Part shown: positions 1-8,156 of the stretch, one piece after another
How positions within the stretch are numbered: position 1 is the stretch's first letter
Layout of the letters: every line of letters starts with the position of its first letter
Assembly (NCBI GenBank): GCA_034094395.1
Contig: JAXEAK010000052.1
Coordinates: 3,557-67,556 of the forward strand
Direction: 5' to 3'
Source of the DNA: Faecousia sp.
GTDB lineage: Bacteria > Bacillota > Clostridia > Oscillospirales > Oscillospiraceae
DNA: 64,000 nucleotides
Translations under genes and position numbers: made by a program
The notes under the pieces: generated by a model
Told to the model about the DNA's origin: nothing
Databases searched by the model: none
What the model saw: the letters and a program-made list of their open reading frames with translations, nothing else

Positions 1-106
1 TTACCGCAAGGATGAATTTGTGCCCCGGTATGTTCGGGATTTCATCCAGATTACCGTTCAGGTTCTGGCAAAACAGCGGGAAAAGGATCCCGCCTTCCCA
101 GCCTGA
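1..106 (+). CDS. 3' end of a CDS truncated by the window edge, possibly a LysR-family C-terminus
   Basis: Frame 2 reads YRKDEFVPRYVRDFIQITVQVLAKQREKDPAFPA* with TGA at 104-106; resembles the final helix of LysR substrate-binding domains. Confidence 0.45.
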   Translation, partial: YRKDEFVPRYVRDFIQITVQVLAKQREKDPAFPA

Positions 107-162
107 TCTTCCCTCAACATATTTCCGAAAACCCATTTCTCAGGCGAAACTTTATTTCGTAA

Positions 163-191
163 CTTGTTTTTAGAAATAAATATGGTATAAT
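163..191 (+). promoter_or_regulatory. Sigma-A-type promoter of the BTAD regulator
   Basis: TTGTTT (163), 17-nt spacer, TATAAT (186-191) with extended TG; AGGAG RBS follows. Confidence 0.55.
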
Positions 192-225
192 GGACTGGTA
201 GCTATAGAAGAGGAGTTTCATTGTT

Positions 226-1593
226 ATGGAGGAACTGCATATTCAAATGTTGGGAGGCTTTTCCCTGCGCATCGGTGATCGGGTGTTGGCGGATACGGAC
301 AACCGCTCCCGGAAAACCTGGGTGCTGCTGGCCTACCTCATTTATCAGCGGGAGCACCCCGTTTCCCAGAAAAAGCTGATCGACCTGCTGTGGGGCGATG
401 AGCCGGATTCGGTCAATCCGGAAAACGCCCTGCGGATCACTATGCACAGAACCCGGGCGCTGCTGGAGCAGCTGGTTCCCGGCGCCGGACGCACCATGAT
501 CCTGCGCCGCAGCGGCAGCTATCAGTGGAATGGCGGCGGTCAAGTGGACTACGACCGGTTTGGGGCACTCTGCCTGAAAAAGCCGGAAAGCCCAGAACTG
601 CGCCTGCAATACCTGTTGGAGGCGCTGGAGCTGTATCAAGGGGATTTTCTGCCCCGGCAGTCTTCGGAGATCTGGGTCATTCCCATCAGCGCCCGCCTAC
701 ACAATGATTTTCTCTCCGTTGCCCAGGAGGCCGTGGATCTGCTGGCGGAGCGGGGACGCACCGCTGAGGCAGCCCAGATCTGCCGCCGGGTGCTTGCTCT
801 GGAACCCTATCACGAGCCGTCCTGTCAGGTGCTGATGCAGCTGCTGGCTGCCATGGGCGACCGGAAGGGCGCTGCGGAGGTATACGAATCCCTCAGCCGC
901 CGGCTGTTTCAGGATTTCGGCGTCTCTCCCAGCGAGGAGACCCGCGCCGTCTATCGCGCCGCCGCCTACTCTCCCGACGAGCGGGTACTGTCCATGGACG
1001 AGGTGATGGGGAACCTTCAGGAATCCTCCGCTCAGCCCGGCGCGCTGCAATGCGACTTTGACTATTTCCGGATTCTCTGCTTTTCCGTCAGCCGGGCGAT
1101 GGCACGCAGCGGCTCCGTCGCCCATGTGGTGCTGTTGAATGTCGCCCTCCCGCCGGACAAGGCCTCGACCCGGCAGGCTCTGGATCGGATCATGGGACAG
1201 CTGGGGCAGCAGATCCGGCTGAATTTGCGCCGGGGTGACGTGTTCTGCCAGTGCAGTATTTCCCAGTATGCCATTCTTCTGTCCAGAGCCAATTATGAAA
1301 ACAGCGAAATGATCTGCCAGCGGCTGGTGCGCAGCTTCCGCAGAGCCTACGTCTACACCACCGCAGAGCTGTCCTATGCCATTCGTCCTCTTCCTCCAGA
1401 ACCGGACGATCCACAAGCACCCCCCCCAGAAAATTATGTAAACCTTCTGAAACATGAGAAAATCCACAAACGCCGCTCCCGAGCCGGGAGCGGCGTTTTT
1501 TTATGGCATCATCGCATAATGGGGCAAAAGATCCGCCGAAGCCCGCAGCTCCCATTGTGCGGTGTTGCCTTAAAGTTTTTAATCAGGAGTTAG
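226..1593 (+). CDS. SARP/AfsR-like regulator (winged-helix + BTAD) with C-terminal degenerate GGDEF-like domain; true end probably ~1442
   Basis: MLGGFSL..LLAYL..LIDLLW..NALRITMHR, LELYQGDFL, LALEPYHE, GVSPSEET; C-terminal LRRGDV (RxxD) with no GGDEF motif; the ORF tail runs through a terminator. Confidence 0.85.
   Translation: MEELHIQMLGGFSLRIGDRVLADTDNRSRKTWVLLAYLIYQREHPVSQKKLIDLLWGDEPDSVNPENALRITMHRTRALLEQLVPGAGRTMILRRSGSYQWNGGGQVDYDRFGALCLKKPESPELRLQYLLEALELYQGDFLPRQSSEIWVIPISARLHNDFLSVAQEAVDLLAERGRTAEAAQICRRVLALEPYHEPSCQVLMQLLAAMGDRKGAAEVYESLSRRLFQDFGVSPSEETRAVYRAAAYSPDERVLSMDEVMGNLQESSAQPGALQCDFDYFRILCFSVSRAMARSGSVAHVVLLNVALPPDKASTRQALDRIMGQLGQQIRLNLRRGDVFCQCSISQYAILLSRANYENSEMICQRLVRSFRRAYVYTTAELSYAIRPLPPEPDDPQAPPPENYVNLLKHEKIHKRRSRAGSGVFLWHHRIMGQKIRRSPQLPLCGVALKFLIRS
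1468..1502. terminator. Intrinsic terminator between convergent genes
   Basis: AAA-CGCCGCTCCC-gagcc-GGGAGCGGCG-TTTTTTT. Confidence 0.85.
1505..1569. promoter_or_regulatory. Stem-loop enclosing the CAAAAGATCCGCCG motif (copy 1)
   Basis: 14-bp stem 1510-1523/1551-1564 (two G-U pairs on +) around a loop whose core recurs at 15487-15512. Confidence 0.5.
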
Positions 1594-2012
1594 TATCGGG
1601 GAGCAGATTCCACCATAGCGCTTTCCAGCAGAGAGATCACCTCCAGCACGCTGCGAAAACTCTGGCTGTTGTCCTTTTCCAGCCATGTCAGCTCTCCCTG
1701 CCAACTGGCGTGCTGGCGGAAACGCACCTGCAGCGCAAAAGTAGCCGCTCTGCCCAGCGGCGTATTCTCGCCCTCCAGAGGGGTGTCCGGCAGCGGACTG
1801 GCAGGCGCAAAGGTTCTCAGCGTCGCAAAGGACTGGGGCGTTCCCGTCTCATCCAGAATCCGATCCACCCGCTGCAGCAGTCTGGCAAGGCTCTCAAAGT
1901 TCTCGCCCTGCTGTTCCGCCCGATAGATCCGTCCCCACAGGTCGCCGCGATCATAGCCGTCCACGCAAATCAGGACGGTTCCGGGCATTTGCGTCCAGTT
2001 TCTGTCTGTCAT
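1590..2012 (-). CDS. Hypothetical protein with two tandem ~45-aa repeats (FRQHASWQG motif)
   Basis: GAAAGGGAG RBS before ATG 2012; halves align TVLICV..G..FES / TFALQV..G..FRS. Confidence 0.75.
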   Translation of the reverse strand: MTDRNWTQMPGTVLICVDGYDRGDLWGRIYRAEQQGENFESLARLLQRVDRILDETGTPQSFATLRTFAPASPLPDTPLEGENTPLGRAATFALQVRFRQHASWQGELTWLEKDNSQSFRSVLEVISLLESAMVESAPRY

Positions 2013-2044
2013 GGCAATCTCTCCCTTTCTGTAAGAGGATTGTA

Positions 2045-2950
2045 TCACGGCTGCATTTCAGATTCCGTTACAGCACTGGCTTCCCAGGTGCGAACCCAGT
2101 CAATCGCAGTCCGGGCGAAGGCGTCCACCACCGGCAGAGCCTCGCCGGCGGGGATGGCCAGAGCAATGGTGCGGCTTGCCTGCGGCTCCAGCGGACGAAC
2201 CGCCAGATTCTGCGCCCGTCCGCGAATGAGCAGCCGCGGCACAATGGAAATTCCCAGTCCCTGTTCCACCATGGCAAGAATGGCATAATCATCTTTGGTA
2301 GTGAACTTGATATTGGGATGCACCCCGGCGGCATCCAGCGCCCGGTGAATATCATGGGCGGAGCTTTGCAGCAGACTGATAAACGGATCCTGATCCAACT
2401 CCTGAATAGGGATCTGGGACAGCCCCGCCAGCCGGTGATCCTTGGGCAGAATCGCCACCAGAGGATCCTCCGCCAGCGCAATGGTGCGCATACCGTCAGG
2501 CGCCGGCAGGGTGACAAAGCCCAAATCCACGCTACCCTCCCGCAGCCACTGCTCCACGTCGTGATAGTCGCCGCTGCGCATTTCCAGCTGCGCCTTGGGA
2601 TGCGCAGTCTGAAACGCCCGGATCATGCCCGGCAGCCAGTGCACCGCCACGCTGGTAAACACCCCGATGCGCACCGTGCCGGCATCGGCACTGCGGATCT
2701 CGCCGATTCTCTCCGCCAGCTCCCGCTCCTTCTGCAAAATTGCCTGCATCTTCGGCAGCAGCAGCTTTCCGGCCTCCGTCAGCACAATGCCGCTCCGGCT
2801 GCGGTACATCAGACGAAAGCCGTACTCCGCCTCCAGATCACTGAGAATATGACTGATCCGGGACTGGGTAGAACCCAAAGCTTCCGCCGCCTTCGTCAGG
2901 CTTCCCAGCTCCACTGTTCGGACAAATGCTTCATATTTTTTCAGACTCAT
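2045..2950 (-). CDS. LysR-family transcriptional regulator
   Basis: YEAFVRTVELGSLTKAAEALGSTQSRISH HTH, LTEAG, GLGISIVP; GAAGGAG RBS. Confidence 0.93.
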   Translation of the reverse strand: MSLKKYEAFVRTVELGSLTKAAEALGSTQSRISHILSDLEAEYGFRLMYRSRSGIVLTEAGKLLLPKMQAILQKERELAERIGEIRSADAGTVRIGVFTSVAVHWLPGMIRAFQTAHPKAQLEMRSGDYHDVEQWLREGSVDLGFVTLPAPDGMRTIALAEDPLVAILPKDHRLAGLSQIPIQELDQDPFISLLQSSAHDIHRALDAAGVHPNIKFTTKDDYAILAMVEQGLGISIVPRLLIRGRAQNLAVRPLEPQASRTIALAIPAGEALPVVDAFARTAIDWVRTWEASAVTESEMQP

Positions 2951-2968
2951 GTCCCGCTTCTCCTTCTC

Positions 2969-2983
2969 ATGCGTTTTCCTCAT
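2969..2983. promoter_or_regulatory. Candidate LysR binding site (T-N11-A dyad)
   Basis: ATG-cgttttcct-CAT in the divergent lysR/putP intergenic region. Confidence 0.35.
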
Positions 2984-3155
2984 GATATATTGTAGATTCT
3001 AGCATACTTTCGTCTAAATGGCAATCCTATTTTTGTGGAATTCGGCGTTCAGATTTTCGTTGCAAAACCGCTTCCGGCAGAGTATAATCAACACATCACA
3101 ATTATAGCATGATTGCATGAGAAAATATTATGCTTTTGTAGAAAGAGGGATCCCT

Positions 3156-4601
3156 ATGAACATTGTGGAAATGCTGGTTTTCGTCGCCTATTTTCTGTTT
3201 ATGTTGGGCATCGGCGTGTACTTCTTCCTGAAATCCAAGGACGCAGGAGAAAAGGACTACTTCCTCGGCGGCCGGAATATGGGCGCCTGGGTGTCCGCCC
3301 TGTCCGCCGGCGCTTCCGATATGAGCGCCTGGGTACTGATGGGTCTGCCCGCCTCCATTTACGCCTTCGGCATCGGACAGACCTGGATTGCTATCGGTCT
3401 GGGCATTGGCTACGCTCTGAGCTGGATCTTTGTGGCGCCCCGGCTGCGCCGGTTCTCCATTGCCGCCAAGGACTCCATCACCATCCCCCAGTACCTGACT
3501 AACCGGTTCCTCTCCGGGAAGAAGAGCCTGCAGGTTCTGTGCGCAGGGATCTTCCTAGTAGCCTATACCGTCTACGCGGCGTCCTCCATTAAGGCCTGCG
3601 GCACGCTGTTCAACACGGTTATGAACATTGACGCCACCGTGGCCATGTATTTAGCGGCGTTCATCATCATCGCCTACACCTTCCTGGGCGGCTTCTCCGC
3701 CGTGTGCTGGACAGACTTCTTCCAGGGGCTCATTATGCTGGCCGCCCTGCTGCTGGCGCCCATTTTCGCTCTGGTGCTGGTAGGCAAGGGCGAGGGCGCC
3801 GTGGGTGCCCAGCTTCCCGACGGCTTCTTCCATTTCTTCACCTCTCCTCAGGACATCATCTCCGGTCTGGGCTGGGGTCTGGGCTACTTCGGTATGCCCC
3901 ATATCATCATCCGGTTCATGTCCATCAAGAGTGAGAAGGAGCTGCGCAAGTCCAGCGTCATCGGCATCACCTGGACGACCATCATTCTGCTGATGTCCGC
4001 CCTCACCGCCGTGGCCGGCCGGCTGTATCTGGGAGAAATTGCCGATTCCTCCACCGTGTTCATCACCATGGTGCGCAGAATCTTCCCTGCGTTGGTATCC
4101 GGCCTGCTGCTGTCTGCCATTTTGTCTGCGGCCATGTCCACCGCTGACTCCCAACTGCTCGCCGCCTCCTCCGCCTTCGCCAGCGACGTTTACAAGCCAC
4201 TGCTCCGCAAGAACGCCTCCAATCGGGAGATGCTCTGGGCAAGCCGCATCGTGGTGGCAGGCATTGCCATTGTCGCGCTGATCATTGCATCCAATCCCAA
4301 CTCCGGCACCATTATGGGGCTAGTGGAAAATGCATGGGGCGTGTTCGGCGCTGCCTTCGGCCCCGTGATTCTGCTGAGCCTGTACTGGAAAAAGCTGACC
4401 TTCGGCGGTACCGTCGCCGGTATTGCCGCAGGCGCTGGCGTGGATGTGCTGTGGCTGCTGCTGGCCGGTTCCACGGGAATCTACGAAATCGTGCCCGGTT
4501 TCCTCGCCGGGCTGCTGGCCGCCGTGCTGGTGTCTCTGCTGAGCAAAGGCCCCGGTGCCGAGGTAGAAGCCCTGTTTGACCGGGCAGCCCAGCCAGAATA
4601 A
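3156..4601 (+). CDS. putP: Sodium/proline symporter (SSS family)
   Basis: DYFLGGR, SALSAGASDMSAWVLMGLP, WGLGYFGMPHI, AAMSTADSQLL. Confidence 0.9.
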   Translation: MNIVEMLVFVAYFLFMLGIGVYFFLKSKDAGEKDYFLGGRNMGAWVSALSAGASDMSAWVLMGLPASIYAFGIGQTWIAIGLGIGYALSWIFVAPRLRRFSIAAKDSITIPQYLTNRFLSGKKSLQVLCAGIFLVAYTVYAASSIKACGTLFNTVMNIDATVAMYLAAFIIIAYTFLGGFSAVCWTDFFQGLIMLAALLLAPIFALVLVGKGEGAVGAQLPDGFFHFFTSPQDIISGLGWGLGYFGMPHIIIRFMSIKSEKELRKSSVIGITWTTIILLMSALTAVAGRLYLGEIADSSTVFITMVRRIFPALVSGLLLSAILSAAMSTADSQLLAASSAFASDVYKPLLRKNASNREMLWASRIVVAGIAIVALIIASNPNSGTIMGLVENAWGVFGAAFGPVILLSLYWKKLTFGGTVAGIAAGAGVDVLWLLLAGSTGIYEIVPGFLAGLLAAVLVSLLSKGPGAEVEALFDRAAQPE

Positions 4602-4652
4602 TACAAAAACCCGAAAATCTTTCCGGTCTGGAATGCCCGGCTGGAAGGAAAC

Positions 4653-4690
4653 AAATCAGCCGGTGCTTTGGCGCCGGCTGATTTTCTTCT
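4653..4690. terminator. Intrinsic terminator between putP and the polysaccharide locus
   Basis: AAATCAGCCGGTGC-tttg-GCGCCGGCTGATTT followed by a T-rich tract. Confidence 0.75.
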
Positions 4691-4818
4691 GTTTAATGTC
4701 TGCTGAATAAGCCACTTTGCGGCTTATTCACGCACCGTCAGGTGCGTAATTCCAAAAAACGGCTTTTATAATCCGTTTTTATGGAATTCAGGCAGAAATC
4801 AATGCGTATCCGCATTAT

Positions 4819-7107
4819 TTATCCCGGGAGCACATCGTTCAGTCGGCAGAACTGGTATTCCTTTCCGCTGTTTTCCAGATCGGTCAGGTAGAGATCCAGC
4901 GCCTCGGCGGTGTACTGACTGGTATCCGACATATGCATAATCAATATGGCTCCGCTGCGGGTATGCGCCTTCAGATGCTGATACAGCTGCTCCACGCTTT
5001 TCGCCTCGTAATCCTGCGTGGCATAGCTGCCGGAGACAAAATAGGTAAAGCCGCAGTCCAGAACTGTTTCCAGACCGCTTTTGCTGACTGCCAGCGTAGG
5101 CGGCCGGAAGAGCCGGCACAATACCGGTTTTCCGTCGGTCTGCATATCGCCAACAATGCTTTGCAGGGTTTCGTAGCTGGCAACCATATCTTCCTGCAGC
5201 TGGATGATCTGCTCTGGTGTCAGCTCTTCATATAGGTTCTTTTCCTCCGAATAGTTGGAAAGCGCCAGATGCTGGTTCGTGTGACTGCCAATGGCGTGCC
5301 CGTCAGCAGCAATGGCTCGCACCAGATTGGGATTGCTCTTTACATAATTCGTTCGGATAAAGAACGTTGCCTTGGCATCGTGCTTTCTCAACACATCCAG
5401 CAGTCTGGTAATTGTCCCGTCCGTCCCCCAGTCGTCAAACGTCAGGAAGATCTGATTTTCCGCATCCGGTATCAGGCCGGTTTTATCCAGCTGACGGATC
5501 TCCGATCTGGAGAATCCGGGCAGGAACTTGGCTCTGTCCACCCAATCCGTGCCAATGTACCGGGAACAGAGCGTAGCAAAGCTGCTATCCGCAAGCTGAC
5601 CGGGGTGGATCGCATCCTTCACCTGCGGCAGGATCTCCTCCTGTGGCACCGGGTAGGTATACAGGTCTTCCGTGTCCGCCAGAATTTCCGTGGCAGGAAT
5701 GATCTCATAAACATTCCGCTGAAGCGCCAGCAGCGCCACCAGCTCCCCCAAAAGGGTGTCGCTGTTCTGATAGAAGCCCAGCTGGAAATGGACAATTTTG
5801 CCCCGTGTCAGCGCCCCGCGCTTCTCCGGCGCAATCCGTTCCAGCACAGCTTCTGCAGCCGTTTCCCGCACATCGCTGAACTGCGTTGCCAGCAAATCAT
5901 AGGACAGTACCCGGAAGCCGCCTGCCTGGGCAGCCTGCAGCAGATTTTCGTTGGGAGCGCCCAGCGCACACTGAACCGGTATCTCGCCCACGACCCCCAG
6001 CCTTTGCTCCAGCAATTCCCGTCCCACAAGAAGCTGCTCCAGAATCTGCTCCTGCGTTCCGCCGTTGGATACGGCAAGTCCCAACGTATGCCCCCGCTCA
6101 GAAATCCGTATGGCTTCCGCCTCATAGGTGCGAAGTTCTTCACTGGTCAGGAAGAAGATTCCCCGTCCCTGCGCCTCGTCCAGCGCTTGCAGCACACTCT
6201 CCAGCTCCGCCTGACTGCCCATGCCGGAAAAGGTGAAGGACACTGCGCGCTGAACTGTGTGAATACCCTGCACCGCCGCACAAAGTTCGCCGTCAAACTG
6301 GGACAACAGCACCGCCGACTGCTGATTCAAATTCGTTGCCGCCATGGCTTCCAGCAGATATTCCGCCCCGCTGGCAGCTTTCTCCGGATCTCCGGACAGA
6401 TCCACCGCCAGCAGATCCCCCCGGGTCAGCGCCTGAACCAGCGCATCCACGTCCTCCGGAGAGGACAGACTGGCAGCCTCCACCGTCCGGGTCGCCACAT
6501 AAATGCGGTTGTAATAAGCCGCATATGCCGCGTAGGGCATCTCCTCCGACACCGTTCCCAGTACCAGCACAGAGGCCGGCTGGACACCGAAGGCGGTCTG
6601 GATAGCCGTACTGGCATAGGCCAGATTTTCCGTCAGTGTCTGCCCGGACGCTGACGGTGTCTCCCGGCTGACGCCGTCGTTCAGCACACCGATTTCACAG
6701 CCGGAATAGTCGGTAGCCCAGGTGGGCGCGGACATATCCGTCCCAACGCTAAGGAAGAATCCCGCATCCACACCGGTTCGGTTTCGTGCCGCCAGCAGGC
6801 GCCGGGTAACTTCATCCCCGCAATCCCCATAGAACAGAATCGCCGCCTTTTGCCCGGACGTTTCCTGCGTGTGGGTCAGGATTTTGGCGGTCTGATCCGG
6901 AGTGTGCTCCTGATAGCGCTGAAGCGCCAGTTCCTGATCCTGCCGCACCAGTTCCTCCGTCAGCTTCCCTGCAAGCACCCCACGCTCTGTACCACCGCGG
7001 GCATTGGCTCGCATATGCCGCAGGCACCAGCCCGCGCCCACGCAGGCCGCGATGATGATAAGCAGAAAAATGGTTGTAAACAGCTGTTTCCGCTGGTTGC
7101 GTATCAT
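4819..7107 (-). CDS. Membrane-anchored multi-domain polysaccharide deacetylase (CE4/NodB); only the C-terminal domain looks catalytic
   Basis: N-terminal TM; C-terminal LTFDDW, HTNQH, FRPP, ILIMH; two upstream NodB-like domains with decayed motifs (ILFYGD, FTFSG). Confidence 0.8.
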   Translation of the reverse strand: MIRNQRKQLFTTIFLLIIIAACVGAGWCLRHMRANARGGTERGVLAGKLTEELVRQDQELALQRYQEHTPDQTAKILTHTQETSGQKAAILFYGDCGDEVTRRLLAARNRTGVDAGFFLSVGTDMSAPTWATDYSGCEIGVLNDGVSRETPSASGQTLTENLAYASTAIQTAFGVQPASVLVLGTVSEEMPYAAYAAYYNRIYVATRTVEAASLSSPEDVDALVQALTRGDLLAVDLSGDPEKAASGAEYLLEAMAATNLNQQSAVLLSQFDGELCAAVQGIHTVQRAVSFTFSGMGSQAELESVLQALDEAQGRGIFFLTSEELRTYEAEAIRISERGHTLGLAVSNGGTQEQILEQLLVGRELLEQRLGVVGEIPVQCALGAPNENLLQAAQAGGFRVLSYDLLATQFSDVRETAAEAVLERIAPEKRGALTRGKIVHFQLGFYQNSDTLLGELVALLALQRNVYEIIPATEILADTEDLYTYPVPQEEILPQVKDAIHPGQLADSSFATLCSRYIGTDWVDRAKFLPGFSRSEIRQLDKTGLIPDAENQIFLTFDDWGTDGTITRLLDVLRKHDAKATFFIRTNYVKSNPNLVRAIAADGHAIGSHTNQHLALSNYSEEKNLYEELTPEQIIQLQEDMVASYETLQSIVGDMQTDGKPVLCRLFRPPTLAVSKSGLETVLDCGFTYFVSGSYATQDYEAKSVEQLYQHLKAHTRSGAILIMHMSDTSQYTAEALDLYLTDLENSGKEYQFCRLNDVLPG

Positions 7108-7136
7108 AACCTCACTCCTTTTTCCGGCGCATTTCC

Positions 7137-8132
7137 TCAGTGGGAGAGGCTCCGGTTCAGATCTTTCCAGTCATTTCCGCCCAAGCGGAACAGGTCAAAC
7201 TTCTCAAAGCCCCATTTCTGAACAGTCTGCCGCCATAGCGCCAACGTGGAACCATCGGCATACCATACGGTGTGCAGGCCGTCCGCGCCCGCATAGGTGC
7301 CGAAAAGCGCGCCGCTGTCTTCATCCCGCTCCGGCTCTACACCGTACTGACGCAGGCGCTTTTGCGCCTGAATCTGCGTCAGTGCCTCCGTTTTTTCGTC
7401 GCCCCAGTCAAAGCCGCCGGTGGCGAAGGCCATATGGGTATGTGCCGCATAGGGGGCATACAGGCGACAGATCTCTTCCAGGAAGGCGACGTCCGCCTTG
7501 GGACCCGGCTTGCTGTGGCTGCCGTACAGATTATAGCACATGACCGTGTATTCCGGTCCCTCGGGCAGCGCGATGTATTTGGGTGCGTCCCAGCTCAGCA
7601 CCACCCGCAAGGTCAGTCCCCGCTCAGAGAACCGGTTATACAGCTCCTGTACGAACACTGCAAACCTTTTCCACAGGACTTCGTCCTTCCGAATCGCTTC
7701 GTAGTCGATTTCCAGACCGGACAGCCCATAATGCTCCACCAGTGCAAGCAGCTGGTCAATATGCCGTTCCACGCTTTCGTTGTCACCCAGCAGGCGGCGC
7801 AGCAGATCCGGAGACTTATTGTCATATATTCCGGGAGCCGTCTGCACATCGTTGACAATAGATAGCAAGACACCAGAATCCCGGCTCCGTTGCAGCGATT
7901 GCAGCAGCCGCTCCGTCTCCGGCAGCATCAGCGGATGATCCTCCGCATCAAAAATGGCAGCAAAGACCACCGCTGTTTCCAGTTGCGTTTCCAGCCGCTC
8001 CGCCTCCGCCAGCGCGTTTTCCGCGTCCCAATAGGGAAGCCAGGCCGTAAAGGAAATCGGCTCCGTTGTCTTCAGCCAGGGGAACAGACCCATCAGCAGG
8101 CTCAGAAAAGCGCTGAAGAACGATTTAAGCAA
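7137..8132 (-). CDS. GH18-like glycoside hydrolase, secreted or anchored
   Basis: GLEIDYE (DxE catalytic motif), VMCYNLY, WYADG, LFRLG; hydrophobic N-terminus; AGGAGG RBS. Confidence 0.75.
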   Translation of the reverse strand: MLKSFFSAFLSLLMGLFPWLKTTEPISFTAWLPYWDAENALAEAERLETQLETAVVFAAIFDAEDHPLMLPETERLLQSLQRSRDSGVLLSIVNDVQTAPGIYDNKSPDLLRRLLGDNESVERHIDQLLALVEHYGLSGLEIDYEAIRKDEVLWKRFAVFVQELYNRFSERGLTLRVVLSWDAPKYIALPEGPEYTVMCYNLYGSHSKPGPKADVAFLEEICRLYAPYAAHTHMAFATGGFDWGDEKTEALTQIQAQKRLRQYGVEPERDEDSGALFGTYAGADGLHTVWYADGSTLALWRQTVQKWGFEKFDLFRLGGNDWKDLNRSLSH

Positions 8133-8156
8133 TGGTCATTTCCTCCTGTTTCCAGA

